Shown here: positions 28,505-39,119 of the stretch, piece after piece | Layout: every line of letters starts with the position of its first letter | Numbering within the stretch: position 1 is the stretch's first letter | Origin: an uncultured delta proteobacterium | GTDB taxonomy: Bacteria; Bdellovibrionota; FAC87; UBA2466 | Direction: 5' to 3' | DNA length: 64,000 bases | Assembly: GCA_963778115.1 (NCBI GenBank) | Contig: CAVZSV010000004.1 | Location: 2,848,001-2,912,000, forward strand | Notes under the pieces: generated by a model | Told to the model about the DNA's origin: nothing | Databases searched by the model: none | The model's input: only the letters and a program-made list of their open reading frames with translations | Translations under genes and position numbers: made by a program

Positions 28505-30436
28505 ATGGCCCTTCCGAAATCATCTCCTAAGGCTACGGCTTCGCATGCAGAGCCGGGCGAACTTAGACTTGTTTCGATAGCTCTTTCTGCTTTCCTCTCC
28601 GGAACGACGCTGATTGGGCTAATGAAAATAGCGGCGTTTTGGTACAAAAACGATCCCTATCTTCAGGCGAGAAACCTGTATCTATTGAGTCTGGTTCTCG
28701 TCCTCCCTCTTTGCTTACTGGCGAATGAGATAACTAAACGCGTAGTACCGTCTTTCAGCGCTGGTGCCCGAAATAGAATTGTCTGGGGTGCGATTACGCT
28801 TAACTCCGCAGCACTGGTCTATTTTACCAAGTACCAAAAAGAGTTTTTGAAATTCAGCGGCTGGGGGTTGGTGGCCTTGACTGGTCTTTTCGTAGTGATA
28901 GGAATTGTAATTTCTGGTACCCAAAAAACGAGAGCGGTCTTTAAAAAAGTTACGCGCGGCCTTTTAGCCTTTGCCCTCATCGCTGAGATGGCGGTCCTCT
29001 TTCTTAATCATACCTACGGGTTTCTAAGAGTTCCGGGAAAGATTTCAGATCCGGGCTTTCAGATCGATTTCAATGCGACCTATTATTCGATCGTTCAGGC
29101 GTTGCAGGGATCTCTTCCTTTTTTCGATTATCAGGCGCAGTACGGGAATTATGCTCTGTTCTTTATTCCATTACGCCTGTTTTCCCCGTCGATAAGCACT
29201 GTAGTGGTAATGGTCTCCTGCCTGATTCTCATTGCCGCGGGAGCCATTTTTCTTGCAACTCAAGATCTGTTCAAGAACCGGTCATTGCAGTATCTGGTGT
29301 TGGCTATCATTCCGTATAACTATTATTTTGTGCATCAGGAGACTTACTGGGCCAATCTGCCGATCCGCTTGCTCTTTCCCTCCCTAATCTTTCTGGGGGC
29401 TACTCGGTATTTTATTCGTAGAAGGAGTTCCACGTATTTTCTTACCATGGTACTGGGGGTTCTAGCACCCGTGTGGAACTTGGATACCGGAATTCCTGCG
29501 ATGCTCTCTTGGCTATTAGCTTTGAGCCTCGATGGATATCTGGATGCTTCGGACAAAAGCCCCCTCCATCGAAAGATCGCTCGTCCTTGCTTTGAAGCTT
29601 TGCTGCTTCAAGGGTTGGTCCTTTTAGGAGTAGTCTTTTATTACTTAGTAGCGCGGGGGCGACTTCCCATCCTTTCCGAAGCCTTTCGTTCTCAAGACCT
29701 CTACTTTTCAAATGGATTTAATGCGCTCCCTTTAATTCCGTTCGATAGTTGGATCATAGTTCCTTTAGTTTACCTCGTCTCTTTTTGTTATTGTTTTTGG
29801 GCAATCAATGACAGGAAGGAAAAAGCGAAACCTATTCTAAGAGTAACGCTTTTTCTCACCCTATATGGTTGCGGGGTCTTTTCTTATTTCATCATGAGAA
29901 GCCATTTTAATTGTTTGTTGGCGGTATGTTGGCCGGCACTCCTTCTTCTGGGAATTTTTGTGGATAGGTTTCTGGATGGGGCAAAGCCGGTGCGATGGAT
30001 TACCGTTCCCGCCATTGGCCTATTTGGCTATTTGTGGGTGAATGCCATTTCAGGTCTCTTTCTCTCAATACCTAAGTCTTCGGTCCAGGAAAGAGGGATG
30101 GCGATGCTAAAGAGTCAAAGAGAATTTGTGAGTTCTCTGGGAGTTCAGGGAAAGCCTATCCTCATCCTTTCGGACAAGTCTTGCCTGTTTTATTCCGATC
30201 TCCACTCGATTCCCGTGCTTCCCATTCAAAGCGCCAGCGAATTAGTTGCCCCAGAGGACGTAGATCTAGTGGAACGGTATGTACGGGGAGACTTCACGGC
30301 CCCTCGCCGGATTCTCTTCGATACGAGCTGGTATCTGGCGAATACCCCCCGTTTTCAAAGAACACGAATGTTTCTTTCGCTCTTTCCTCCCAAGGCGGTG
30401 AGTGCCGACGGAAAGCTCTATTTCTATTCGGACTAG
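28505..30436 (+). CDS. Polytopic membrane protein, possible GT-C-fold glycosyltransferase
   Basis: Many TM segments; QIDF..PFFDYQAQYG loop; PIRLLFP, WNLDTG, RSH motifs; soluble C-terminal tail. Confidence 0.65.
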   Translation: MALPKSSPKATASHAEPGELRLVSIALSAFLSGTTLIGLMKIAAFWYKNDPYLQARNLYLLSLVLVLPLCLLANEITKRVVPSFSAGARNRIVWGAITLNSAALVYFTKYQKEFLKFSGWGLVALTGLFVVIGIVISGTQKTRAVFKKVTRGLLAFALIAEMAVLFLNHTYGFLRVPGKISDPGFQIDFNATYYSIVQALQGSLPFFDYQAQYGNYALFFIPLRLFSPSISTVVVMVSCLILIAAGAIFLATQDLFKNRSLQYLVLAIIPYNYYFVHQETYWANLPIRLLFPSLIFLGATRYFIRRRSSTYFLTMVLGVLAPVWNLDTGIPAMLSWLLALSLDGYLDASDKSPLHRKIARPCFEALLLQGLVLLGVVFYYLVARGRLPILSEAFRSQDLYFSNGFNALPLIPFDSWIIVPLVYLVSFCYCFWAINDRKEKAKPILRVTLFLTLYGCGVFSYFIMRSHFNCLLAVCWPALLLLGIFVDRFLDGAKPVRWITVPAIGLFGYLWVNAISGLFLSIPKSSVQERGMAMLKSQREFVSSLGVQGKPILILSDKSCLFYSDLHSIPVLPIQSASELVAPEDVDLVERYVRGDFTAPRRILFDTSWYLANTPRFQRTRMFLSLFPPKAVSADGKLYFYSD

Positions 30437-31170
30437 TTGTTAACGATCGAATATTCAAGTTTGCCCACCCTAGTCAGGGGCTTTCCCTTCTCCTTGGTGT
30501 CGTAGTTGAAGTGGGCGAATACCGGAGAAGTGTCTTTCTTCTGATTGGGGGCAATCGAAAAGTAGATGAGGGTGATGTCATTGAGATCGGGAATTTGATC
30601 TGCAGCGCTGTTAGGATTCAAAGAAAGCAGTGGTCTAATGGGAAGACCCGCAAAACTGACTCCCAAGGAATTTTCATTGGGCGAGAAACTGTCCAGCGAC
30701 GCCATTGCTATTCCACCGTTTAGCAAGAGAGGGACTTGAGTGCTTTCGTCGGACGCCTTGGGGATATGGAATTCAACGTTAAATTTTGCCTCATAACTGC
30801 CGTAAGAGAGAGACACCTTTCCTACGACATCGCTTTGGTGGCTGGGATCAAATTGTTTCTTAAAGAGTTCGTACATCGTGAGTCGGTTGTCATCGTTAGA
30901 ATCCGAGGCGCAAGCGGTGTCTCTTTCACCCGTTTCTTTCTCGGTCAGTGGTTCCCTCGAGAAAGCATTTTCGGGAGAGAGCGGAAAGTTATTATTCTTA
31001 GAGGACGAGGCTTGAGTATTCGTATGGGCGATTGGCCTAGTCCTCTTAGATTTTTCTGTTAGAGCGGCTACGGTTGAGAAATTCAATGGAAGCAGTGGTT
31101 GCTGGCGTTTTCCATGGAAAATTCCTATTAGCGCGATCAGCAAGACTAGAAAGAAAAAATATCGTTTCAT
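30433..31170 (-). CDS. Membrane-anchored or secreted hypothetical protein
   Basis: 245-aa ORF, N-terminal hydrophobic segment. Confidence 0.7.
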   Translation of the reverse strand: MKRYFFFLVLLIALIGIFHGKRQQPLLPLNFSTVAALTEKSKRTRPIAHTNTQASSSKNNNFPLSPENAFSREPLTEKETGERDTACASDSNDDNRLTMYELFKKQFDPSHQSDVVGKVSLSYGSYEAKFNVEFHIPKASDESTQVPLLLNGGIAMASLDSFSPNENSLGVSFAGLPIRPLLSLNPNSAADQIPDLNDITLIYFSIAPNQKKDTSPVFAHFNYDTKEKGKPLTRVGKLEYSIVNN

Positions 31171-31185
31171 TCTTGGGCGAGTTTT

Positions 31186-32499
31186 TCAGTGTTCATTCGG
31201 TAGTTGCAGCGAGCCTGTCACTTGGAGGCTCAGCTCCTCTTCGGCAATGATTCCCATTCGTTTGTAGATAGGTCTTATCTCATCCCTCATTAGAGGTAGT
31301 CGACGGAGGAAGATAAGCCCTCCTAGAACGCAAAGCAGACCGCCCAACTCCAAGGTGGGAGCGGTGCCAATCCAATGGGCGGAAACTCCCCCTAACAGAC
31401 TTCCAAAAGGGGCCATACCGACGAAGGCCATGACATAAAGGCTCATAAGCCTTCCTCGCTTGTCCTCTTCGGCAATCGTCTGCAAAAGAGTATTGCTGGC
31501 GGCCATATTCACCATCATTCCCATTCCGGCAAATAGCATCAAAGGTAGAGACGCCCAAAGATAATGTGAGGCTCCAAAAAGGCCCACAGAGACCCCAAAG
31601 AGCATGGCGGAAAAGGGTATGATTTTTCCCAAACCCAAAACGGATTTTCTAGAGGCGAGAAACAGAGCTCCGATCAAGGCTCCCAGACCGGAAGCTGCCG
31701 TCAGAAAACCTAAAATATGGGCTCCGCCCGAAAGCTGTTCGCTTACGATCACAGGCAAAAGAACCATATAAGGCATCCCCATCAGACTTATCAGCGCGAG
31801 TAATCCTAGGACGTGTCGGATCGAGGGACTTCCCTTAGCATAGCGAAACCCTTCCTGGAATTCGTGGAGCAGGTCCTTATGGGCAGCCACTGCTTTGTTC
31901 ATATGCTTCACCTTCATTAGCAGAAGCGTGAAAATCACGGCTAGATAACTAATGGCGTCGATGGTAAAGCAGCCGCCTTCTCCAGTGGTAGCGATTAGAA
32001 CTCCCGCAAAAGAGGGACCGACGAGTCGAGCAAGATTTACTATCGAGGAATTAAGCGCGATGGCATTAGGGAGATCTTTACGATCCTCTATCATCTGTAC
32101 GACGAAAGACTGGCGGACGGGCATATCGAAAGCATTGATTAGCCCCTGAAAGATACTGAGCACCAGGATGTGCGCAATCGTTATCCGACCGGAAAGAGTG
32201 AGATAGGCCAAGGCCGCCGACTGCAGAGCGGCGCAAATTTGGGTGATCACTAAGATCCTATGCTTGTTCCAGCGATCGACTAGAACACCAGCGGCGGGGG
32301 CTAATAAGAAGGTGGGGAGCTGTCCCGCAAAGCTTACCCATCCCAGAACGAGTGCTGAATGGCTCAAACGGTAGACCAACCAGCTTGTGGCCACGCGAGT
32401 CAACCACGTCCCGATAAGGGAAATCCCCTGCCCACAAAAGAACAGGCGATAGTTCCTATGTTTTAGGGATCGTGCGATACTTTTAAAGGAGCTGTTCAT
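31186..32499 (-). CDS. MFS transporter (MFS_3/DUF894 type)
   Basis: RNYRLFFCGQGISLIGTW, AGVLVDRWNK, NAFDMPVRQS, NAIALNS, RGRLMSLY. Confidence 0.95.
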   Translation of the reverse strand: MNSSFKSIARSLKHRNYRLFFCGQGISLIGTWLTRVATSWLVYRLSHSALVLGWVSFAGQLPTFLLAPAAGVLVDRWNKHRILVITQICAALQSAALAYLTLSGRITIAHILVLSIFQGLINAFDMPVRQSFVVQMIEDRKDLPNAIALNSSIVNLARLVGPSFAGVLIATTGEGGCFTIDAISYLAVIFTLLLMKVKHMNKAVAAHKDLLHEFQEGFRYAKGSPSIRHVLGLLALISLMGMPYMVLLPVIVSEQLSGGAHILGFLTAASGLGALIGALFLASRKSVLGLGKIIPFSAMLFGVSVGLFGASHYLWASLPLMLFAGMGMMVNMAASNTLLQTIAEEDKRGRLMSLYVMAFVGMAPFGSLLGGVSAHWIGTAPTLELGGLLCVLGGLIFLRRLPLMRDEIRPIYKRMGIIAEEELSLQVTGSLQLPNEH

Positions 32500-32604
32500 G
32501 AGGATCTAAAACCTAGCTAATGCTGAGTAATTTTTGCTGACCACCCTAGCGGGACCCACTCGCTAACTTTAACTCAACCCACTGAAGATGCGAAGGATCA
32601 GAAT

Positions 32605-33405
32605 ATGGGATTTAAGCGACTCGTTTTCCGTGCGCTTGTTTTTTTCTTGCTAAAGACAGCGCTAGTAAGTGCTGAGGACTTTTCCCTCAGAAACGCAGGG
32701 GCACCGAGCGTCTCGCCTCCCCTTCATGCTGGCCCTCCCCCCGGGCCCCAAGTCCCGCTCTTACCCGTGGCAGACGAAGCAGTCTCCGCGCGTGAAACCA
32801 AAGCATTTACCATTCGAGGAGTAAACTCCGCCGATGATATTCGTCGCCTTACCCAGATAAACGGACTTAGCATCGAGGCGTTGGAAGCACGAATGAGACC
32901 TGGTCTTGATTCTCAAGGAAAACACAAACCACCTTTAGATGACGGCTATGATCGATCGGATGAAGGTTTTCTAGGTGAGCGCGAGCATCTACTCGGCTTA
33001 CTAGAAACCGATAATAAGACGGTTAGGGAAAGATATCGAACCACCCATCAGCAGATGGCGAAGCCGCTCATGGATGCGATAGCTATTTTCGAAAAGGGCA
33101 CAGAGAAAGACGGCGAAGGATTCGTGACTTATGTCTATCCGGAAAACTCTCTGAGTCCCGAGACCTATAAAGTGAAAGTGAACAACACGCATGGGTCGCA
33201 ATACTCCCCTTTCGGTGACGGGGATGTCGGAGGCTCGGTGGTCTATATCAAGAACGTCACCACGGGCAAAGAACTCTCTACGGCGGACCTGATGCCCAAG
33301 ATGATCGAAAAGTATGGCTTTTACGAGGGGATCGGTACGAAGTACCGCCTGTCTCCTGAAACGATCGTCGGAGTTTTCGATTATCTTGAACCCTATCGAA
33401 AGTAG
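32605..33405 (+). CDS. Secreted hypothetical protein with conserved-looking RMRPG..GFLG..GFYEG..YRLSP domain
   Basis: Signal peptide, Pro-rich linker, then globular domain. Confidence 0.75.
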   Translation: MGFKRLVFRALVFFLLKTALVSAEDFSLRNAGAPSVSPPLHAGPPPGPQVPLLPVADEAVSARETKAFTIRGVNSADDIRRLTQINGLSIEALEARMRPGLDSQGKHKPPLDDGYDRSDEGFLGEREHLLGLLETDNKTVRERYRTTHQQMAKPLMDAIAIFEKGTEKDGEGFVTYVYPENSLSPETYKVKVNNTHGSQYSPFGDGDVGGSVVYIKNVTTGKELSTADLMPKMIEKYGFYEGIGTKYRLSPETIVGVFDYLEPYRK

Positions 33406-33640
33406 TCGGCGCCTGAAGACTCGGCTTTTCGCTCGCTATCGTTAAGTAGCGAAAAGGATAAGCGCTGTTTGGGACTTTCCTTGTATTCTTAGCTCACCCT
33501 ATTTTTCTTCTCTTTTGCTTTCCGTGAATACCGACGGATCCTGTCAAACCATCGGACGGTAGTTAGCAATCTTTGCTCACTTTGTGGCGATTCCTATTTG
33601 TCTTAGGGAGATCTTTACTCACGAAGGGCTTTAATTGTGA

Positions 33641-33656
33641 TGGCTCTTGCTTTGCA
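33641..33656 (+). promoter_or_regulatory. sigma54 -24/-12 promoter
   Basis: TGGCTCTTGCTTTGCA, GG-N10-GC. Confidence 0.6.
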
Positions 33657-33720
33657 TTTCTGGCGTGCGAGTCGAGCCAGTCTCCGTGTGGGGATTCGCC
33701 AATTATGAAGGAGATTTTAA

Positions 33721-34737
33721 ATGTCTAAAAAGTATTTGGTCGCGTCTTTAATCGCGATCAGCATTAGTTCTGTTGGATTTTGTCAGGAGCCCGAAGGTGA
33801 ACCCTCGGCTCCCCCCGTGGTCGCGTCAGATGAAGCGCCAGCGGTAGCTCCGGCGGTCGACCCGGCTCCTGCGGTAACCAAAGAGGAAACCCCAGCACCT
33901 CCGCCCACTACCTCTCCGGTGGTGGATCCGGCCCCTGTGGTAGCTACTGAGCCTCCGCCTGCTGCTGCTCCCGCTAAGGGAGATCACGGCGGTGCGCCCG
34001 CAACGACTGCGGCGCCTGAAGCCACAACCCCGGCTGCTCCTGAAGCCCGTCCAGCGGCTGCGATTAAGTTGCCCATCGTCGAGTTCCGTTACACGAACGT
34101 CTATAAACAAGTGGTGACGGCAACCTCTCCCGAGGACATCAAAAAGCACTTAACCGATCGTTTGAGAGATACGCGACGAGGATCCGATGCGGATTCTATC
34201 GAACAGATCCAAAATATTCTTGGTGACTACTCGAAAGATGGTCATGAAATCTCCGATCGTTACGCTCACAGCAACGTCATTAAGTACGTAAGAGACAGTG
34301 CCTGCTCTGATGGAACGATGTCGGGTGATGAGTTGGTAGACGAGCTTCTCAGACTGGCTCCCGCTCCGGGCGGCAGTTTGAAACTTATCGTCAATATCGA
34401 TGGAAGTAAGGAGCTCCCCAATCGTCGCGGGCACTCAATCACTTTCGGAATCGAAGTCCTTGATAAGGACGGTAAGATGGTTCCTCATGCGAAGTACGAC
34501 AACCTTATCACCATGGATTCGAAGTCGCTTTCCGAAGCGAGCCAGTCGGAAACCCAATATGATTGGGCGAAAGTCATGAAGGGCGAAATTCCCTCCATTT
34601 CCAATCGCATCTACCAGACTGCGGTTTCCAAAGCTATCGAAGGCCTCTACTCAGCTCAGAAGTTGAACAGCGGCTTGTGGAAAGAGCACCAAGCTTCCTG
34701 CAGCAAAGCCGAGCAAGAAGCCGCTTCTGCTAAGTAA
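33721..34737 (+). CDS. Secreted protein with long Pro/Ala-rich N-terminal linker
   Basis: AAGGAG RBS; signal peptide; repeated APAV/DPAP/AAPEA motifs; globular C-terminal domain. Confidence 0.85.
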   Translation: MSKKYLVASLIAISISSVGFCQEPEGEPSAPPVVASDEAPAVAPAVDPAPAVTKEETPAPPPTTSPVVDPAPVVATEPPPAAAPAKGDHGGAPATTAAPEATTPAAPEARPAAAIKLPIVEFRYTNVYKQVVTATSPEDIKKHLTDRLRDTRRGSDADSIEQIQNILGDYSKDGHEISDRYAHSNVIKYVRDSACSDGTMSGDELVDELLRLAPAPGGSLKLIVNIDGSKELPNRRGHSITFGIEVLDKDGKMVPHAKYDNLITMDSKSLSEASQSETQYDWAKVMKGEIPSISNRIYQTAVSKAIEGLYSAQKLNSGLWKEHQASCSKAEQEAASAK

Positions 34738-34753
34738 TTGGTCATAGTCATAT

Positions 34754-34796
34754 TGAAAAGGGGCGGTTTCCCATTGGGAGTCCGCCCCTTTTTCAT
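34754..34796 (+). terminator. Rho-independent terminator
   Basis: GAAAAGGGGCGG..CCGCCCCTTTTTC. Confidence 0.85.
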
Positions 34797-34911
34797 TTCC
34801 CTCCGCGGATTCCCCGCTTAACTAGACAGGGAGCCATTGTCCAGCTATGGTGCAGCCAGTAGCAGATGCTAATCAGCCATCTTTAAAGTGGCATGGAAGG
34901 GAGTTCGTCGT

Positions 34912-35400
34912 ATGAAAATTAACCATATTTTGATGTTAGTCGCGGTGGCGGCGATAACGGGGGGACTTTCCACTGAAGTCTTCGGATCGGGATCCAGTTC
35001 CGGAGCTCTTTTAGAGAAAAAGTTGGCGACCGCTCTTGGAAAGAAAGAGGCGGTATGCACGGGAGACTCCGACCAAGTGACTTTAAGCGTGGATTCAAAG
35101 GGCCTGATCCGCATGGTGGCCCATTATAAGGGCTCTATCAGCGGAACTCTTGATACGGATGACGAGAAAGACGGAGCCGAATGTGGCGGCCTTTTCGTGC
35201 ACATTAGTAAGGCAAAAAAGAACTATGTGCTGGACGATAGATATGACGACTGCGAAAGAGGCAGTTGGAGCTATCGGATCTTTCTTCCGGAAAACGCTCT
35301 TGAGCTTCTCGCGAAGAAAAACGAATTCGATATTAACTCCTATCCGGTCGTAGAGGGTAGCAAAGACGCGATCCGTCGCCTCTCTTGCAAAGTTAACTAA
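34912..35400 (+). CDS. Secreted hypothetical protein (4 Cys)
   Basis: AAGGGAG RBS before ATG 34912; signal peptide. Confidence 0.75.
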   Translation: MKINHILMLVAVAAITGGLSTEVFGSGSSSGALLEKKLATALGKKEAVCTGDSDQVTLSVDSKGLIRMVAHYKGSISGTLDTDDEKDGAECGGLFVHISKAKKNYVLDDRYDDCERGSWSYRIFLPENALELLAKKNEFDINSYPVVEGSKDAIRRLSCKVN

Positions 35401-35601
35401 TTCGAGAAAACGGCCAGTCGCTTTTCGCCCCTAAGTGGGGACTGGCCGACTGGCCCGTTTTCTCCTAAGTCTTAAAGGTTTGCGGCGCCTAAACGCGAAG
35501 CATTACGAGCCAAAGCAATTCTACTTTCTCCCTCCTCAACAAACAATTTCGATATATAATCACGCAAACCTCGCCCTATTGACGAGTAAGGAGTAATAAA
35601 G

Positions 35602-36702
35602 ATGTCTTTGAATAGTCCTTTAACACCGTTTTTGTTACTGGACCTTTTTCCTACCCCTCTCACGAGTCGATTACTGACCATCGCCAAAGTCGTGGCCAAA
35701 GAGGGAGTGTTTCACGGAGAATGGCGTGAAGTGCGTGCTATTTTTCGTCGATTCGGATCCGTCCGTATTCCGGAAGCTCTGGTAGGGGCGCTTACTGAAT
35801 TAGGAACTCCTTTTTTAAGAAATGATTTCTCTGAATTTCCGAAAGCCAGAACCGTCGTGGCTTTGAAGAATGAAAAATGCCTACGTTGGGCTCTTGAGAA
35901 AAAGAAAAAGGGGCAAATAGATCACATTATTGCTGGTCCGTTCGTTGCCACGATGCCTTGGGAGTGTGAAGAGATTCTACTGGACCCCCAAATAGACAGG
36001 CTGCTTTTTCTTAGTTCGTGGCATCGTGACCTGTTCTTAAAGGAAGCGGGAAAACTTTCGCCTAAGACTTCCGTTTGGTTTGCGGGTGTCGATACCGAAT
36101 GGTGGAAGGCCTTGGAGAGAGAAACGCGATCACAGATTTTAATTTTTGATAAGCAGATCGATCGGGCTCTATTACAAAAAACGAAAGACTTGATCACTTC
36201 CATCGGAAAGCCTTTTAAGGTGATTGAGTATGGAACTTATACGACCGAAGAGTATCGGAAGGAATTGAGTAAGAGCCTCTTTGCCGTTTTTCTTCATAGA
36301 ACCGAGACCCAAGGAATGGCTACTTTCGAGGCCTGGAGTTGCGGGGTTCCCACACTACATTTTGATCCGGGAGTGATGAGTTTTCTGGGGAAACCGTACG
36401 CGGGTGCCTCCAGCTGTCCCTATCTAGATTCCGACACAGGTCTCAAATTCTCTTCAGAAAAAGAGATTGAATCCGCCTTCGAGAATATGGTGCAGCGCCT
36501 GCCCCAATTCCACCCTCGCCGATATGTTCTAGATGGATTCACAAACCGAGATTCCGCTTTGAGATTTTTAGAGATTCTCTCCTCTGTCAATGAAGAGAGA
36601 GCCACGGGAAAGCCAGATATTCCTACGGAAAACTACGCTACTGTGCGAGTTCCCACGCGGCCTAACGAGCGTAGTTCAACATTTCCATCGCTTCTGTCCT
36701 GA
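35602..36702 (+). CDS. GT-B glycosyltransferase (GT4-like)
   Basis: VWFAGVDTEWW, YGTY..EYRKEL, TETQGMATFEAWSCGVPTL; start uncertain. Confidence 0.8.
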   Translation: MSLNSPLTPFLLLDLFPTPLTSRLLTIAKVVAKEGVFHGEWREVRAIFRRFGSVRIPEALVGALTELGTPFLRNDFSEFPKARTVVALKNEKCLRWALEKKKKGQIDHIIAGPFVATMPWECEEILLDPQIDRLLFLSSWHRDLFLKEAGKLSPKTSVWFAGVDTEWWKALERETRSQILIFDKQIDRALLQKTKDLITSIGKPFKVIEYGTYTTEEYRKELSKSLFAVFLHRTETQGMATFEAWSCGVPTLHFDPGVMSFLGKPYAGASSCPYLDSDTGLKFSSEKEIESAFENMVQRLPQFHPRRYVLDGFTNRDSALRFLEILSSVNEERATGKPDIPTENYATVRVPTRPNERSSTFPSLLS

Positions 36703-36746
36703 CTTTTGTCCTGTTTTTTCCTTGGCTCCCGAGTTATGAACTCCAG

Positions 36747-37175
36747 ATGAGTGATGATTCGCAAATGGAAACGACGCAAGTCGATGAGGCTCTGAAGGCT
36801 GCTCAGGCGAACCCCGCTTATGCCAACCTTTTTTATGACACTTTCTTAAATGCTGATATCTTTGTTCCGGCCTTGCGCGCGGATAAAAGACCCGGCGAAT
36901 GGGAAAAGTTAAAGACCTCGGATCGTTTTTTCCCCCTCTATCTGCGACACGAAGAGGCCCGGGCGGTTCCCGTCTTTGACAGGCTCCAGAAACTGAAGAC
37001 TTTTGCCCAAGACCGCACCTTTGATTACCTCACGCTTCCCGCCCACCTGTTTCTCAAAGTGATAGCCCCTGAAGTTGCGATTGTCCTCAATGAAGGAACT
37101 TCTTTTCGCTACCTTTTTACTCCGGAAATTTTAGAGAAGCTAAGAAACGCAGTAAAACCAGTTCGGCCGAATTAG
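36747..37175 (+). CDS. SseB-family protein
   Basis: FYDTFLNADIFVP..VPVFD..IVLNEGT pattern. Confidence 0.75.
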   Translation: MSDDSQMETTQVDEALKAAQANPAYANLFYDTFLNADIFVPALRADKRPGEWEKLKTSDRFFPLYLRHEEARAVPVFDRLQKLKTFAQDRTFDYLTLPAHLFLKVIAPEVAIVLNEGTSFRYLFTPEILEKLRNAVKPVRPN

Positions 37176-37186
37176 TTACCGTGGCG

Positions 37187-38191
37187 CTATTCCCGAAGGG
37201 TGACGGGGATTTCAGTTTTGGAATTCTTTTCCAGAAGCATTACCTTATTTCCATACATCCAAAGGAGCTCCAGATCGAGGGTTTCGGGAGCGGGAGTACC
37301 CCTTCTTTGGATAAACGTTCGCAACTCGTCTTCTCTTTCGCGAAGTTGAGCTTCCACTCGTTTGAGGTGGACGAAGAGTCGATCTGTTTTTCTCGTCGAT
37401 TCGATGGAATGTCCACTCATGGCGTATCCGCCGCCGGGTGAAACGTACGCATCTCCCCCCAACATGAATCCGTAGGAAAATCCCGATTTCCTCATTTGAC
37501 GGATTTGATCGTCTGAAGGGTTGTCCATGGTAAACTTATTGCCTGCCAATTTGTAGTCTTTAAGCGCGTCGGGCCAACTTTTAGAGATGATCTGAAGTAG
37601 CTCAAGAGTCTGGAAACTTCCTTGGTGGGGAAGTACGTCTATCAGATAAAGGGTATCTCCTTTTTGATAGGCGAAGAGCAGTTCGTTAGTTCTACTGATC
37701 GTTTGCGTTTGGTTATCGAATTGAGTCCCTAAGTGTAAATGGTAGATTCCCCAGTCGTTAAGCAGCCCGTCTTCGTAATCGAGATTTCCAATCTGGCGGC
37801 TAAGATAGGGGGTGAGATCCTTTCCTTTCTTCGCTTTATCAATAATCGAATCAATTCCACCGTGGATACTCATGGGAAGGTTATTGTCTTGTAATCGCTT
37901 CGCCAGAGAATATGAAATAGCGACTTTCCATTTCTTTTGCGGGAGCTTTCTGCGCTCGAGGTTAAAATAGCGATACATCGTTTCATCGAAATTCAGGTTA
38001 GGATCGATATTGACCCCTTGCTTAAGAAGCTGACTGGTCGTTAGACGCTTGTAATCTTCTACGATATTGAGTCGGAACCGAGGGTTACCATCTGGAGCCA
38101 AATCGGCCAAAGCGGCGCAGCCCCATGCGCGAGCCCCGACAACGCACAGCAAGAATACGAGTAAAGGAAAAAACACCTTCATCCTGCGCAA
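37187..38191 (-). CDS. Secreted protein carrying a DWGIYHLHL-motif domain
   Basis: Signal peptide then CAALADL; GKDLTPYLSR, DGLLNDWGIYHLHLG, RTNELLF, LIDVLPH. Confidence 0.75.
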   Translation of the reverse strand: MRRMKVFFPLLVFLLCVVGARAWGCAALADLAPDGNPRFRLNIVEDYKRLTTSQLLKQGVNIDPNLNFDETMYRYFNLERRKLPQKKWKVAISYSLAKRLQDNNLPMSIHGGIDSIIDKAKKGKDLTPYLSRQIGNLDYEDGLLNDWGIYHLHLGTQFDNQTQTISRTNELLFAYQKGDTLYLIDVLPHQGSFQTLELLQIISKSWPDALKDYKLAGNKFTMDNPSDDQIRQMRKSGFSYGFMLGGDAYVSPGGGYAMSGHSIESTRKTDRLFVHLKRVEAQLREREDELRTFIQRRGTPAPETLDLELLWMYGNKVMLLEKNSKTEIPVTLRE

Positions 38192-38309
38192 TGGTGCTGC
38201 AAAAGAGGTGCCCCAAAACGGATCCCTCCGGAATACAAAGCAAGAAAGAAGGCGATGAAAGAAAGCCGTTATTTACGTTGATCCAATCCCCAGGTATAAA
38301 TTCCAGGGT

Positions 38310-39119
38310 ATGTCACTAGCGCTCTTTACGGTTTTGCCTCCTCGAGCGAAATCGGTTCCTATCTTAATTAGCTCTCCTCACAGTGGAGTTGGTTTTCCCG
38401 CGGAGACGGGAAAAGGTCTCATGCCCCAGTGGATGACTCATCCTCCGGATACCGATTGGTTTGTGAACCGGCTTTACGACTTTGCGCCCGATATGGGAAT
38501 TACGATGATATGCGCCAATTACAGTCGCTACGTCATCGATCTCAATCGCGATCCCAAAGGGGCTAATCTCTATAATGATGGACGAGCCGAAACGGCCTTA
38601 GTTCCGATTACCACCTTTTCGGGAGAGGCCATTTACCTCCACACCGTTCCGACCAAAGAGGAAGTGGAAGATAGGCTCCGGCGTTATTACTGGCCGTATT
38701 ACACTAAGATAGAGGAGCTGCTAAGGGATCTTCTTTCCCGCCATCGTCAGGTCCTTTTCTATGATGCACACTCGATTCGTCACCAAGTCTCCTGCATACA
38801 AACGGAAGCGTTTGCTGATCTGATGTTAGGAGACCAAAACGGAAAAACAGCGGCGCCTAAGTTAATTGATACCGCGCTTATCAATCTTAAAAGCAGCACA
38901 TTTTCGATAGGCCATAACCATCCTTTTAAAGGCGGTCATCTTACCCGTTTTTTTGGCAGACCCGAAAACGGGATCCATGCGTTGCAACTAGAAATGTCAC
39001 AAACCGTATACATGGACGAAGACAAAACGAAATACCTTCCCGAAAAAGCAGAACGCATCAGAAAAGTCTTAAAAGCTACACTGACCGCGCTAGCGAACCA
39101 GATGGAAAATTTATCATGA
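38310..39119 (+). CDS. hutG: N-formylglutamate amidohydrolase
   Basis: SSPHSG, DTDWFV, SRYVIDLNR, YDAHSIR, PFKGGHLTR, HALQLEM. Confidence 0.95.
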   Translation: MSLALFTVLPPRAKSVPILISSPHSGVGFPAETGKGLMPQWMTHPPDTDWFVNRLYDFAPDMGITMICANYSRYVIDLNRDPKGANLYNDGRAETALVPITTFSGEAIYLHTVPTKEEVEDRLRRYYWPYYTKIEELLRDLLSRHRQVLFYDAHSIRHQVSCIQTEAFADLMLGDQNGKTAAPKLIDTALINLKSSTFSIGHNHPFKGGHLTRFFGRPENGIHALQLEMSQTVYMDEDKTKYLPEKAERIRKVLKATLTALANQMENLS

